This document shows positions 45,301 to 54,432 of a stretch of DNA of 64,000 nt, piece after piece. The translations under genes and the position numbers were made by a program. This DNA is from Arenicellales bacterium (lineage in GTDB: Bacteria > Pseudomonadota > Gammaproteobacteria > Arenicellales > JAJDZL01): contig OZ246969.1 of NCBI GenBank assembly GCA_965232345.1, positions 1,280,340-1,344,339 on the forward strand, read 5' to 3'. The notes below the pieces were generated by a model. It made no database searches. It was not told the DNA's origin and was given only the letters and a program-made list of their open reading frames with translations. Within the stretch, counting starts at the first letter, position 1, and each line of letters starts with the position of its first letter.

Positions 45301-46126
45301 CGAACTGGATGAACCCGCCGACATGAATCCGATCGGCGCCCGAGTCCGGCGCGAGACTCAGACTCTGGTGGAACAGGGGCATGGTGCGGAGCAGGCGCGG
45401 CAGCTGGCGGGCTACCGAATCTTCGGTTCCAAGCCCGGCGCATACGGCGCGGGTCTTCAGGGGCTGATCGACGGCGGACACTGGCAGGACGATGCGGACC
45501 TGGCGACGGCGTACCGCAATTGGGGCGGCTATGCATACGGCCAGCAGACCTATGGCGAAGCGGCCCGCGAACAATTCAGCGAACGGCTCACCCAAGTGGA
45601 GCTGGTGGTGCAGAATCAGGACAACCGCGAGCACGATCTGCTCGATTCCGATGACTACTATCAGTTCCAAGGCGGAATGACCGCCGCCGCGCGTCACTAT
45701 GGCGGACGGCAGCCGATCGTCTATTTCGGGGATCACAGCAATCCGCAGTCGCCGAAAATGCGCAGTCTGGAACAGGAGATCAGCCGTGTGCTGCGCGCTC
45801 GGGTGACCAACCCGAAATGGATCGACGGCGTCAAGCGCCACGGCTACAAAGGCGCTTTCGAGATGGCGGCAACCGTGGACTACCTGTTTGCTTATGACGC
45901 CACCGCACGCGTGGTGCGCGATGACCAGTATGCGCAGCTTGCGGATGCCTACCTGCACAACGCGGACCGCCGCGAATTCCTGCAGCAGCACAATCCCGCG
46001 GCGCTGCATGACATCTGCGAGCGGCTGCTGGAAGCCATGCAGCGCGGACTGTGGCAGAAGCCCGCGGATCACCAGCCGCGGATTGAAGAATACCTGCTCG
46101 ACAACGAACAGCGGATGGAGGGTTAG
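42308..46126 (+). CDS. cobN: Cobaltochelatase large subunit CobN
   Basis: ~1272 aa of the CobN/Mg-chelatase-H family, recognisable along its full length (...GKHGNLEWLPGK..., ...RVTNPKWI...). Confidence 0.95.
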   Translation: MHMLAAQPGGFVDDDSIITRLDQTPAELVILSTADTTLALLAAQHPRVSGDLALQDYPEVRLANLLHLRQHASIDLYIDEVLQHAEVIVIDLLGGESYWPYGTEGVVELCRSRGIALLMFSGDNSEDLSLLQRSTAAMDVCRQCWRYLREGGADNAQQLYRYLAQQFFNRDIPVLPPKPIPAITVFHPHKSIAAIDEWRADWDDAHAVIAVVFYRSHLQAGNTKAFSALCDELLEQGFNPLPVALSSLKDELCLETLRQLCREHKAQLLLNTTAFALSSVNAADSSQPSLVDDLPVLQLIMSGDNQQRWQEDAHGLRPRDIAMHVALPEVDGRIISRAISFKGLNYHCEQTQTDVVQYQPHRERIAFVAQLAAAWCRLRAKANSEKRIALILANYPTREGRLGNGVGLDTPASVITILHALQQQGYLIDNPPPDGDALMHALQQGITNDPSNWTVRAAWQSLAMADYMAFFAQLPAASREAVNARWGAPHRDPMLRQNRFMIAGLRCGQVFIGIQPARGYHLDPMASYHDPDLIPPHCYLAFYCWLRRRYRCDAMVHVGKHGNLEWLPGKSVALSAECWPDLVFGPMPHLYPFIVNDPGEGAQAKRRAQAVIIDHLMPPLTRAENYGELQDLERLLDEFYEARTMDPKREKLLRKELLKHILTQDLHRDLGIGQPQNEAEEQALLNSTDAYLCELKESQIRDGLHVFGHSPAGQQASDTLVALARFPVGRGEGADNSLIRALAEDLLKTGEAGETDEFDPLDSDWQQNWQGPRPARLQQLSEEPWRSHGDTRERLEWLALDLLQQRLTTDALRQQGLPSAALVMSRVYDDLQLRLAACGEQEIHQLMQGLNGRFVPPGPSGAPSRGRPDVLPTGRNFFSVDTRSIPTHTSWSLGWRSAELLVEKYLLEEGDYPSSIGLSVWGTATMRTGGDDIAQAFALIGVRPKWADGSHRVTDFEILPLGFLNRPRVDVTLRVSGFFRDAFQGLIHLFDAAVQAVAELDEPADMNPIGARVRRETQTLVEQGHGAEQARQLAGYRIFGSKPGAYGAGLQGLIDGGHWQDDADLATAYRNWGGYAYGQQTYGEAAREQFSERLTQVELVVQNQDNREHDLLDSDDYYQFQGGMTAAARHYGGRQPIVYFGDHSNPQSPKMRSLEQEISRVLRARVTNPKWIDGVKRHGYKGAFEMAATVDYLFAYDATARVVRDDQYAQLADAYLHNADRREFLQQHNPAALHDICERLLEAMQRGLWQKPADHQPRIEEYLLDNEQRMEG

Positions 46127-46181
46127 CCATCATGCCTGCCGACATGGCAATCCGAGAATCCTCAAGGAGACAAGACCCATC

Positions 46182-47255
46182 ATGAATCAAGTCAAGGAAA
46201 TCCATTTTCCATTCAGTGCGCTGGAAGGCCAGCAATCATTGCAGACCGCCCTGCTGCTGAGTGCGATCGACCCGCTGATCGGGGGTGTGCTGATCGACGG
46301 TCCGCGCGGCACAGCCAAATCCACGGCGGCGCGCGGGCTGGCGGACCTGCTGGACGGAGCCAGGCTGGTGAACCTGCCGCTGGCGGCCAGCGAGGAACAG
46401 CTGATCGGCTCGCTGAACATCGAATCGGCACTGCAGGATGGCCGCGTGGACTTCAAGCCCGGACTGCTGGCGGCAGCCGATAACGGCGTGCTTTACGTGG
46501 ACGAGATCAACCTGCTGCCAGATCATCTGGTGGATGCCCTGCTGGATGTGTGCGCCAGCGGCATCAACCGGATTGAGCGCGATGGCATTTCCCATCAGCA
46601 TCCGGCGCGTTTTGTCCTGATTGGCACCATGAACCCCGAAGAAGGTCATCTGCGTCCGCAGCTGCTGGACCGATTCGGCCTCTATCTGCAGCTGCCGGCC
46701 CGCATTGAACCTTCTGTTCGCCGGCGCATTGTCGAGATTCGGCTGGCTTTCGATCACGACCCGGAGGCTTTCACTGTCCGATTCCAGGCCGCGCAGCAGG
46801 CGCTGCGGCAGCGTCTGCGAAAGGCGCGCGAGCGATTGGCGGAGATCGATTTTTCCGAGACGCTTGCAAGCAGGGTGGCCGCGATCTGTTACGAGGCTCA
46901 TGTGGAAGGCGTGCGCGCCGATCTGACACTGCTGCGAGCGGCGCGGGCCCATGCCGCCTGGCAGGAGCGTTTTGACATCATCGATGAGGATTTGACGGCG
47001 GTGAAAGACTGGGTGCTGGCGCACCGTCTGCGGGCGCCGGAGACGGCTCCGTCAGATGCCGCATCCCCAACATTCCCTGTTTTCGGTTCCGCACATCAAT
47101 CAGACTCAGGAGACTTTTCTGATTCAGGCCAGCCCGGTCAAAACCATGCAGAACCGGACGGAGATCAGGACTGGGGGGCAATGCCACCGCAAACACCGGA
47201 TATTGCCGCGGTGAAACCGGCAAAGCCGCTTTGGAAAAGCAAAGCAAAAAAGTGA
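46182..47255 (+). CDS. chlI: ChlI/MoxR-type AAA+ ATPase subunit of the chelatase
   Basis: 357 aa from ATG 46182. Walker A GPRGTAKST, Walker B VLYVDEINLL. The track ORF from 45888 overlaps the cobN 3' end. Confidence 0.9.
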   Translation: MNQVKEIHFPFSALEGQQSLQTALLLSAIDPLIGGVLIDGPRGTAKSTAARGLADLLDGARLVNLPLAASEEQLIGSLNIESALQDGRVDFKPGLLAAADNGVLYVDEINLLPDHLVDALLDVCASGINRIERDGISHQHPARFVLIGTMNPEEGHLRPQLLDRFGLYLQLPARIEPSVRRRIVEIRLAFDHDPEAFTVRFQAAQQALRQRLRKARERLAEIDFSETLASRVAAICYEAHVEGVRADLTLLRAARAHAAWQERFDIIDEDLTAVKDWVLAHRLRAPETAPSDAASPTFPVFGSAHQSDSGDFSDSGQPGQNHAEPDGDQDWGAMPPQTPDIAAVKPAKPLWKSKAKK

Positions 47256-47995
47256 CCGGCCGGCAGCACGGCCAGATAAAACAAACTGCTGCACGAAGAA
47301 CTGCGAAGCACGGTGCGACGAACGCGACCCGCGTCTCCCCCGCGACAGCCAGCTCAGCCAGCGCGCCTTATGGCCAGCTCAGCCGGACAGTGCGCTGGCC
47401 GCGGACCTTGATGCAAAAAGGCAACCAGCCATTGTCAGCAGAACATCTGAGTTATCAGTTCCGCCGGCCAGCGGCGAATCGGCTCTGCTGCCTGCTGCTC
47501 GATTGCTCTGCATCCATGCTGCGGCAGCGCAAGCTGTCTCTGGCCAAGGGATTTATCCTGCAGCTCGCGCGGCAGATTCATCAGCAAGGCGGGCAGCTGG
47601 CAGTGATCGGATTTCGCGGTGATCAGGCCAGCATCCTGAAACAGCCGGATCAACTCACCGGCAACAATGAGCGCTGGATTCGAAGCATTCAGGGCGGCGG
47701 CGGCACACCGCTTCGCCAAGGCATCGCGTCCGCCGAGCGATTCCTGCAACGCTATCAGCGGCAGTTTCCGGGGTCGTCGGCTGATTGCTGGCTGCTGACC
47801 GATGGACGATTTCGCGAGTTGCCCGAAGCTCCGCACGGGGCAATACATTACACCGTGATCGATTTTGAGGACGGGCGGCTGCGGCTGGCCAGAGCGCGGC
47901 AGCTGGCACAGCGATGGCGCGCGGACTACCTGCAGGCGATCGATGTGCTGGGGGCGAATGAGCATTCCGGATCGCCCGCCGCTGATCGCCAATGA
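47252..47995 (+). CDS. VWA-domain chelatase subunit (ChlD/CobT-like, VWA-only)
   Basis: ~247 aa. GTG 47252 overlaps the chlI stop (GTGA). MIDAS-like DCSASM ... GGGGTPL motifs. A TTG at 47231 is an alternative start. Confidence 0.75.
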   Translation: MTGRQHGQIKQTAARRTAKHGATNATRVSPATASSASAPYGQLSRTVRWPRTLMQKGNQPLSAEHLSYQFRRPAANRLCCLLLDCSASMLRQRKLSLAKGFILQLARQIHQQGGQLAVIGFRGDQASILKQPDQLTGNNERWIRSIQGGGGTPLRQGIASAERFLQRYQRQFPGSSADCWLLTDGRFRELPEAPHGAIHYTVIDFEDGRLRLARARQLAQRWRADYLQAIDVLGANEHSGSPAADRQ

Positions 47996-48318
47996 TCCGG
48001 CAGTCAGCATGAAAGGCATGTGAAGGCCAGTGGACATCGCGGCTGATGAGTCTGCGAATTTCGATCTGCAAGACCGTATCCTTACGCGTTTCGCCGGCTG
48101 CTGACTGACAGGCGGTCGTGTGCAGAATTCGTTTCAATCGCCGCATGGTGATTGCGTGTTGGACTTCTGCCCTCTCATTCAGCGTCAGTCAGGCGCATGG
48201 AGTCGACAGTTCTGTTCGCTGACAGAATCAGGATCATGGCGCGCTCCTGCGACTGACAGCACCCGGGCAATCCAGGCATCGGTGTCACCATGGCCTCATT
48301 TTTTCGCCGAAATGCGCT

Positions 48319-48339
48319 GAATGTTATAATATAACATTC
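48319..48339. promoter_or_regulatory. Zur box
   Basis: GAATGTTATAATATAACATTC is a perfect 10-1-10 palindrome matching the gammaproteobacterial Zur operator core TGTTATAWTATAACA. It lies ~100 nt upstream of the COG0523 GTPase start. Confidence 0.7.
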
Positions 48340-48680
48340 ATTGACTGAGGCAGCCGCGCGCGCCCTGAACACCGGATTGCCGCCTCAACCCCAACGTTCC
48401 GAAGCATAGCTTTTCTGAACGAATCAGACGAGAATTTCGATGACCCTGAATAAACAGACCATTTCTGACCATCCGCGCCTCCCGGTAACCGTTCTGTCTG
48501 GCTTCCTCGGGGCTGGCAAGACCACGCTTCTCAACCGAGTGCTCAACAATCGAGAAGGGCGGCGAGTCGCGGTCATTGTGAACGACATGAGCGAGATAAA
48601 CATCGATGCGGCGCTCGTGGAGCGCGGCGGTTCGGAACTCTCGCGAACCGAGGAGAAGCTGGTTGAGATGTCGAATGGGT

Positions 48681-51028
48681 CTATCAACACCCCACACTTG
48701 ACAAAGCGTTCTGACTGTCATTTTCGGTTTTCTGTCTCTCTCTTGCCTTGTAGCTGTTGATCGCCTGCACGGTGTGCATCAGTTTCTGAGTCGCTCTCCA
48801 TAAGATCTTGGTGCCCGGCACCGGCTGTCTTCTCGTCGGTCTGAACCCGACCGCCCGGCCGAGTCCGACCACGTACTCGCGGACCGTGAGGTCCGGCGGC
48901 GCGCGCGGCGGGCTATGGCGGTCGATCTCGTACAGCATCACCTGGCGCGCCTCCAGTTCGTCGGCGGGCACCGCCCCGGCCGCGGGCCGGTCCGGCTCGC
49001 ATTTCGCCAGCCGCTGCAGGTCGAACACCCGCCAGGCGGTGATGGCGTCGAAGGCCAGGCACTTGAGCAGGTCCTCCGCGTCGTCGAAGCGGCGCGCCTC
49101 CGACTGGCAGCCGCTCTTGAGCACCCGGAAGAACTCCTCGATCCCCCAGCGCGCCTCGTACCACTCGCAGATGCGCACCGCGTTGTCCGCGTCGGCGCCG
49201 CCCTCGGAGCACAGCAGGAACCAGTTCAGCGGCTCTTTCACCCCGGCCGGCGGCGACTCCTCCAGCACCGACACCGCGGTCACCGGCACACTGTCGGTGC
49301 TGGCGCCCGGCGCCTTCAGCTGAACCTCGGCGATGCGCAGCGTCACCTTGGCGGTGCGCGCGTCGCGGGCCCGCCTGCCGCCCTGCGCGCCGATCTTGAT
49401 GGTGCGCGTGGCCGCGGCCGGCAGCGACTCCACATGCGCGCGAAGGTCCTCCGCATGGCCGTCCTCATCGACCACCTTGCGCCGCCGCGAGCCGTTGCGC
49501 CGCACCAGCAGACCGACTTGGCCGCGCAGCGCCCGCTGGCGCTCGAACAGCCCCCAGATGTCGGACTCGCGGTCGCCCACGCTGATCACCCGGGTCTTGG
49601 CGCCGCAGGCCGCCGACAGCTCGGCCGCGGTCTCAAGCCCCTCCACCCAGCGCCGCGACTCCTTCAGATCGTCGTCGGCCGCGCAGCGCGGCCGGAAGCT
49701 GCCGTCGATGTCCAGCACGCCCAGCACCCGGCCGCCCGGCGAGAATGCCACATTGGCGTGCGCGTAGATGCCCTGGGCGGTGCCGCCGATCTTCATCAGG
49801 CCCTGGGTGGTGCCCTTCAGCGTGTCGTAGTTGAGGCCCGTGGTGTCCTGCACCGCCAGCACCACCTCGTGCAGCTGGCCGCGCGACACCGTCGCCTGGC
49901 GGTGCGATTCCAGAATGTCGTCCATGGTCACATTATCGCTCGAAAGCAGTCGGTAGGCGGCCTTGCGGCCGGCCTCGGTGGCGAACACCTGCGGTGTGCG
50001 GGCGCCCGGCTCGCGTTGCCAGGCGCGGCCCATCGCGCGGATCCTTTTGCCCACCCGGCCGTCCGGATGCGTCGAGGCGCCGTACTCCACGTCGGTCCAG
50101 TGCGCGTCGTCCGCCAGATGCGGCTCGCGCGCCGGCCGGAAGCGCGCCGCCGCCTGCGCGCACAGCCCCTCCCGCCAGCCTTCCGCCAGCGGCCGGACGA
50201 ACACCTGCTTGCGCTCGCCCCCGGCACAGCGCCGGCCGGAGGTCTCGCCGACCAGCTCCCAGCCGGCCGCGCGGTAGCTCTCGCCGCTGTGGGACCGGTC
50301 GATGTGGGTGTACGCCAGCAGCGGCTCCGCGCCGTACGCCCGCAGCCAGTCGCCGGGCAGACGCTCAAGCGCCGCGGTCAGCGCCGCCGACGCCAGCCCG
50401 CGCACCCGCACCTCGGGCAGGATCAGGAAGCGCGCGTTGTTGACCACCAGAGACAGATTCTCGGCGCGCTGGCGCTGGCTCCAGCCGATGAAATCGTCGC
50501 GCGCCCGCTCATGCCAGCTGGCGGCATGGAATGACAGCCCGCCCACGCGCCCGCAATGCTCGCTCACAATCCAGTACTTGATCGCCGCGCCTGGCAGCCG
50601 CGGCTCGCCGCGCGGATGATGCGTCTGCATCATCGCCCGCCACTGCCGGCTCTCCTGCGGCGCCACCGGCTCGATGGAGACCGCGCCCAGCCGGGCCAGA
50701 CCGCCGCGCAGCCGGATGGCGTCGGCAAACACCGGAAGCGGCGCCTCGGCCGGCCGCGCGCCGCGCAGCTCCGGCAGCGAGACGCCGCACTCCGCGGCCA
50801 GCTTCGGCAATGCCACAAACGCCTGCGTGACGCACAGATCCCCGCCGGCGTTCAGCCAGCCGGTCTGATCGCAAAGAGCTTTCGCCAGCGCATAGCGGCT
50901 GTACCGGCCGCTTTCAGCCGCCTCCCGAAACCACTCGACCTCCTCACTGCCGAATTGTCGAAGACCAATCTGCATGCGGAGAATTAAATCATCACTGCTA
51001 CCCTTTTGTCAAGTGTGTCTGTTTGATA
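48681..51028 (-). mobile_element. IS4-family (IS50/Tn5-like) insertion sequence
   Basis: Imperfect ~25-bp terminal inverted repeats (CTATCAACACCCCACACTTGACAAA / CTATCAAACAGACACACTTGACAAA). 9-bp target duplication CGAATGGGT at 48672-48680 and 51029-51037. Single transposase ORF. Far more GC-rich than the flanks. Confidence 0.88.
48684..50975 (-). CDS. Tn5/IS50-like DDE transposase with a ~290-aa N-terminal extra domain
   Basis: 763 aa. DDE region [42 protein letters not shown] (Tn5-type YREK signature). The N-terminal part (…[21 protein letters not shown]…NNARFLILP…) resembles what I recall as a DUF4338-like domain. Confidence 0.85.
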   Translation of the reverse strand: MQIGLRQFGSEEVEWFREAAESGRYSRYALAKALCDQTGWLNAGGDLCVTQAFVALPKLAAECGVSLPELRGARPAEAPLPVFADAIRLRGGLARLGAVSIEPVAPQESRQWRAMMQTHHPRGEPRLPGAAIKYWIVSEHCGRVGGLSFHAASWHERARDDFIGWSQRQRAENLSLVVNNARFLILPEVRVRGLASAALTAALERLPGDWLRAYGAEPLLAYTHIDRSHSGESYRAAGWELVGETSGRRCAGGERKQVFVRPLAEGWREGLCAQAAARFRPAREPHLADDAHWTDVEYGASTHPDGRVGKRIRAMGRAWQREPGARTPQVFATEAGRKAAYRLLSSDNVTMDDILESHRQATVSRGQLHEVVLAVQDTTGLNYDTLKGTTQGLMKIGGTAQGIYAHANVAFSPGGRVLGVLDIDGSFRPRCAADDDLKESRRWVEGLETAAELSAACGAKTRVISVGDRESDIWGLFERQRALRGQVGLLVRRNGSRRRKVVDEDGHAEDLRAHVESLPAAATRTIKIGAQGGRRARDARTAKVTLRIAEVQLKAPGASTDSVPVTAVSVLEESPPAGVKEPLNWFLLCSEGGADADNAVRICEWYEARWGIEEFFRVLKSGCQSEARRFDDAEDLLKCLAFDAITAWRVFDLQRLAKCEPDRPAAGAVPADELEARQVMLYEIDRHSPPRAPPDLTVREYVVGLGRAVGFRPTRRQPVPGTKILWRATQKLMHTVQAINSYKARERQKTENDSQNALSSVGC

Positions 51029-52170
51029 GCGAATGGGTGCATCTGCTGCACCCTTCGCGATGATCTGCTCGCGGAGGTTTCACGTCTTGCTCAGGAGCGG
51101 CGTTTCGATTACCTGCTCATCGAGTCCACGGGAATCTCGGAACCAATCCCTGTGGCGCAGACTTTCACCTTTGAGGATGAGAACGGGGTGAGTTTGAGCC
51201 AGGTGTCGCGCCTTGATACAATGATTACGGTTGTGGACGCGGCGAACTTCCTGCGGGATTACAACGCCGCCGAGGACCTCCAGGATCGCGGCGAGTCGCT
51301 GGGCGAAGAGGACGACCGCACAGTCACACATCTGCTCATCGACCAGATCGAGTTTGCCGATATCATCGTGCTGAACAAGCTTGATCTCGTCAGCAAAGAA
51401 CATGCGCTTGAGGTTGAGGCCATCGTCAAGGCGCTCAACCCCGGCGCGAAAATCCTCATGGCGACTCGCGGTCAGGTGCCGCTGGATAGCGTATTCGACA
51501 CGGGCCTGTTCGACTACGACAAGGCGGCGAGCTCCGCCGGCTGGATTCGGGAGCTTCAGAATGAGCACACGCCGGAGACTGAAGAGTACGGGATTTCGAG
51601 CTTCACCTACCGCACCTCACAGCCCTTCGACGCTGCGAAACTGTGGACCTATCTGCACCGCAGCGAGAATTGGCGCGGCGTGCTCCGCTCGAAGGGCTTT
51701 TTCTGGGTCGCGGCTGACCATCGAATCGTCTACGAGTGGGCCCAAGCTGGCGGCGTCAGCAATGTGAGCCCCATGGGAGTGTGGTGGGCATCCGTGCCCC
51801 GCGAACACTGGGGGCATCCCGATGGTCAGCGGCCTGACCAGCGCCCTGGCTGGCATCCTCGCTTCGGTGATCGCGCGCAGCAGCTTGTGTTCATTGGCCA
51901 GCAGATGAACGAGGCGAAGATGCGAGCCCGCCTAGACGCGTGCCTGCTCGACAGGCGCTTGGCCGATGCCGGCAGTGAAGCTTGGGAGAATCTGCAAAAT
52001 CCGTTTCCAGAACTTGAGATGATTGAGGGGTCAGCATGACCGATGCCGCCTTATGTGCAGCAGCCTGTCAATAACGCAGCGCTTTTCCAGATGTGCTCGG
52101 TTGACCGCATTCGGATCGCAAAAATAAATTCTGGATCAAAAAATTGCACTAAAATACAAACTTGCTGTTT

Positions 52171-52358
52171 GAGGTGTCTGTTGCCGAATCCGTCCGAATT
52201 CCCAGCAACACTTTAAATGGGAAGTCTGGTGAGCGAAGCCATTCAATCGGATTAACGCCTCGCAATTCCAGCGCTGCCCCCGCAACGGTGATCAGTGTTT
52301 GCGCTGTCAGCCCGGAACCGCCCTCTTTCAGGCCAAGAATTTCGTTTTAGCGGAGGGC
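52171..52358 (+). promoter_or_regulatory. Cobalamin riboswitch, short variant type (cassette copy 2)
   Basis: Near-identical to 37083-37269 and 55596-55783 (AATGGGAAGTCTGGTGAG...GCGCTGCCCCCGCAACGGTGATCAG...GTCAGCCCGGAACCGCCC). Upstream of an ABC importer operon. Confidence 0.75.
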
Positions 52359-52686
52359 TTCAACGTGGCAACTAGATTTCCCACCACCTGAACCCCTCCC
52401 GATGCAGTGCTGATTCCAGCTGAGAGGGTTCCTTGCGCCTATTCGAAAAAGTTCACGCTTCAGCCCGGCAAAGCAGAGGGAGCTGGAGCGCATCCGATCT
52501 TGTCGCCTCATTTGAAGCGGTGTTTGCGCACTCTGCGCGCTCCGCTCGAAACTGAATGCAACGCGCGCCTCGAAAAAGGAAATCCTGCTCTTGAAAAAAT
52601 CTGCCACCATTGAGCCAGCCCGGCGCCCACTGACGGAATCTCCGCAAGGAGCGGATGCCCTGTCCGCGACGCGGGCAAAGGGGCAG

Positions 52687-53487
52687 ATGAGCGGCCAGCC
52701 GTTCCTTGTCGTCGAAAAGCTGCGTTTTGATTCGGCAGGCGGCGCCGCCTTGGTGCAGGACGTATCCTTCAGTGTGGATGAGGGCACCATTCTAGCCATC
52801 GCCGGACCGAACGGCGCCGGAAAAACCACGCTGCTTCGGCTTTTGAGCGGCTCCATTGCGCCGACAGGCGGCGATGTGCGGATCAACGGGCGCAATCTGA
52901 AAAGCCTTTCCGCGACGGAGCGCGCCCGCATCATCGCCGTAGTCAGCCAGCAGGAGATGCCCGATGGGCGGCTTTTCCTGCGCGATTACGTGGCCTTGGG
53001 ACAGATTCCGATTCTGGCAGACCGGTCAAGCCAGGCGCATGCGGAAGAAGTGCATCGAATACTGCGCCTCACAAGCCTCACTGACTTGGCCGATAAGCGG
53101 ATGGCCGTGCTGTCGGGCGGCGAACGCCAGCGAGCGCATATCGCACGCGCCCTGGCGCAGAACCCGTCGCTTCTGTTTCTCGACGAGCCTACCAACCACC
53201 TCGATCCGGATGCCAAGGGCCGCATGCTGTCATTGGTTACAGAACTGGGAATCACGGTGGTGATGGTGGTCCACGACCTGGTGATGATTCCCGAGTTCGC
53301 CAGCCATGTCGCCCTGATGAACTCAGCCCGGATAACCGGATTCGGCCCTGTCAACGAGGTGCTGACTCCCGCCCGGGTCCAAGAAATTTTCGGCGTCACC
53401 TACCTGCATTTCGCACATCGGGGCCGACTGATTCCCGCGCTGGATATTCGAAAAAATGCAATCTCAAATGAAAGGAGAAACCTATGA
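52687..53487 (+). CDS. BtuD/FecE-type ABC ATP-binding protein
   Basis: Walker A GPNGAGKTT, signature LSGGERQR, Walker B LLFLDEPTNHLD. Start is uncertain: ATG 52687 gives MSGQPFLVVEKL, while the track ORF starts at TTG 52591. Confidence 0.85.
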   Translation: MSGQPFLVVEKLRFDSAGGAALVQDVSFSVDEGTILAIAGPNGAGKTTLLRLLSGSIAPTGGDVRINGRNLKSLSATERARIIAVVSQQEMPDGRLFLRDYVALGQIPILADRSSQAHAEEVHRILRLTSLTDLADKRMAVLSGGERQRAHIARALAQNPSLLFLDEPTNHLDPDAKGRMLSLVTELGITVVMVVHDLVMIPEFASHVALMNSARITGFGPVNEVLTPARVQEIFGVTYLHFAHRGRLIPALDIRKNAISNERRNL

Positions 53488-54431
53488 TACGCTCCATCTT
53501 TGCGGCAGTCCTGTCTGCTGTCTTTGGCAGTGCCGCCGTCGCCGACATCAGTGTCGACAATTGCGGTGAGCCGCTGGTTTTCGATACCGCACCCGAGCGG
53601 CTGGTGGTGCACGACATGAACATGACCGACATGGCCTTTGCGCTGGAACTGCAGGACAAGATTGTCGGCCTGACAGGCATCACCGGCTGGTACAAGACCA
53701 GTCCTGAATTTGACACTCTGCGCGGCGACATACCCGAGCTGGCGCCGAAGTATCCAACCATTGAAAACCTGGTTTCAGTCGATCCGGATCTGTTCTTTGC
53801 CGGATGGTACTATGGCATGCGCCCCGGCGGCGATGTCACACCCGACACGCTTGCGGAGTTCGGCATCAAGACCATGATTCTGACAGAAAGCTGCGTGCAT
53901 CTCGACAAGAACCGCCCCGTCGCCAGCATGGACCTGCTGTTTGACGACATTCTGCGCCTTGGCAGAGTCATGCAGGTTGAGGACCGGGCCGAAATGCTCG
54001 TGGCTGGCTGGAAGGCGGAGCTTGCCGCCATTGAATCTCAGACCACCAGCTTGGAACGACTCCGCGTCTTCCTGCTGGACGGCCCGGCCGATGCGCCTTT
54101 CACCTCCGGCAAGTTCGCCATTCCGGATGCAATGATCGCAGCTGCGGGCGGCGTGAATGTCACCCATGATCTTGATATGAGCTGGGGCCGCACTTCATGG
54201 GAGAAGGTGGCTGCGGCTGATCCGCAGTTTCTGGTGCTGCTTGACTATCAGACCGGAAACGGCGCGGTCGACACCTTCAATTTCCTGCAGGAGCACCCGG
54301 TGATGTCTCAGACCGACGCGGTCAGGAACGAACGCTGGATCGGGTTGAGGTATGAGGAACTGACACCCGGCCCGGCAAACATACGCGCCATCGTGAAAAT
54401 GGCGCAGGCGATGCATTCAGGATTGAACTGA
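53484..54431 (+). CDS. Periplasmic binding protein of a BtuF/FecB-type ABC importer
   Basis: 315 aa with a signal peptide. Class III PBP-like sequence. 4-nt overlap with the ATPase gene. Confidence 0.8.
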   Translation: MIRSIFAAVLSAVFGSAAVADISVDNCGEPLVFDTAPERLVVHDMNMTDMAFALELQDKIVGLTGITGWYKTSPEFDTLRGDIPELAPKYPTIENLVSVDPDLFFAGWYYGMRPGGDVTPDTLAEFGIKTMILTESCVHLDKNRPVASMDLLFDDILRLGRVMQVEDRAEMLVAGWKAELAAIESQTTSLERLRVFLLDGPADAPFTSGKFAIPDAMIAAAGGVNVTHDLDMSWGRTSWEKVAAADPQFLVLLDYQTGNGAVDTFNFLQEHPVMSQTDAVRNERWIGLRYEELTPGPANIRAIVKMAQAMHSGLN

Positions 54432-54432
54432 C

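Larger units (their letters stand above)
48440..52039 (+). pseudogene. COG0523 (ZigA/YeiR-like) metallochaperone GTPase, interrupted by an IS
   Basis: The N-terminal part 48440-48680 ([11 protein letters not shown] ... LVEMSNG) continues exactly at 51029 (CICCTLRDDLL ... to the stop at 52039). The junction restores SNG|CICCT. A 2348-bp IS lies between the two parts. Confidence 0.88.

Noticed and set aside
43904-46072. 722-aa antisense ORF opposite cobN, with similar long antisense or alternative-frame ORFs at 39869-40939(-), 43172-43894(-), 46236-47024(-) and 37487-38251(-)
   Set aside because: They lie in GC-rich DNA opposite genes with unmistakable family signatures. They are Arg/Ala/Gln/His-rich with no motifs, as expected when stop codons are scarce in high-GC sequence.
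48915-50534. 539-aa plus-strand ORF and many nested ORFs inside the IS
   Set aside because: They lie opposite the Tn5-like transposase in very GC-rich DNA. They consist of Arg/Ala/Pro-rich low-complexity sequence and have no independent support.
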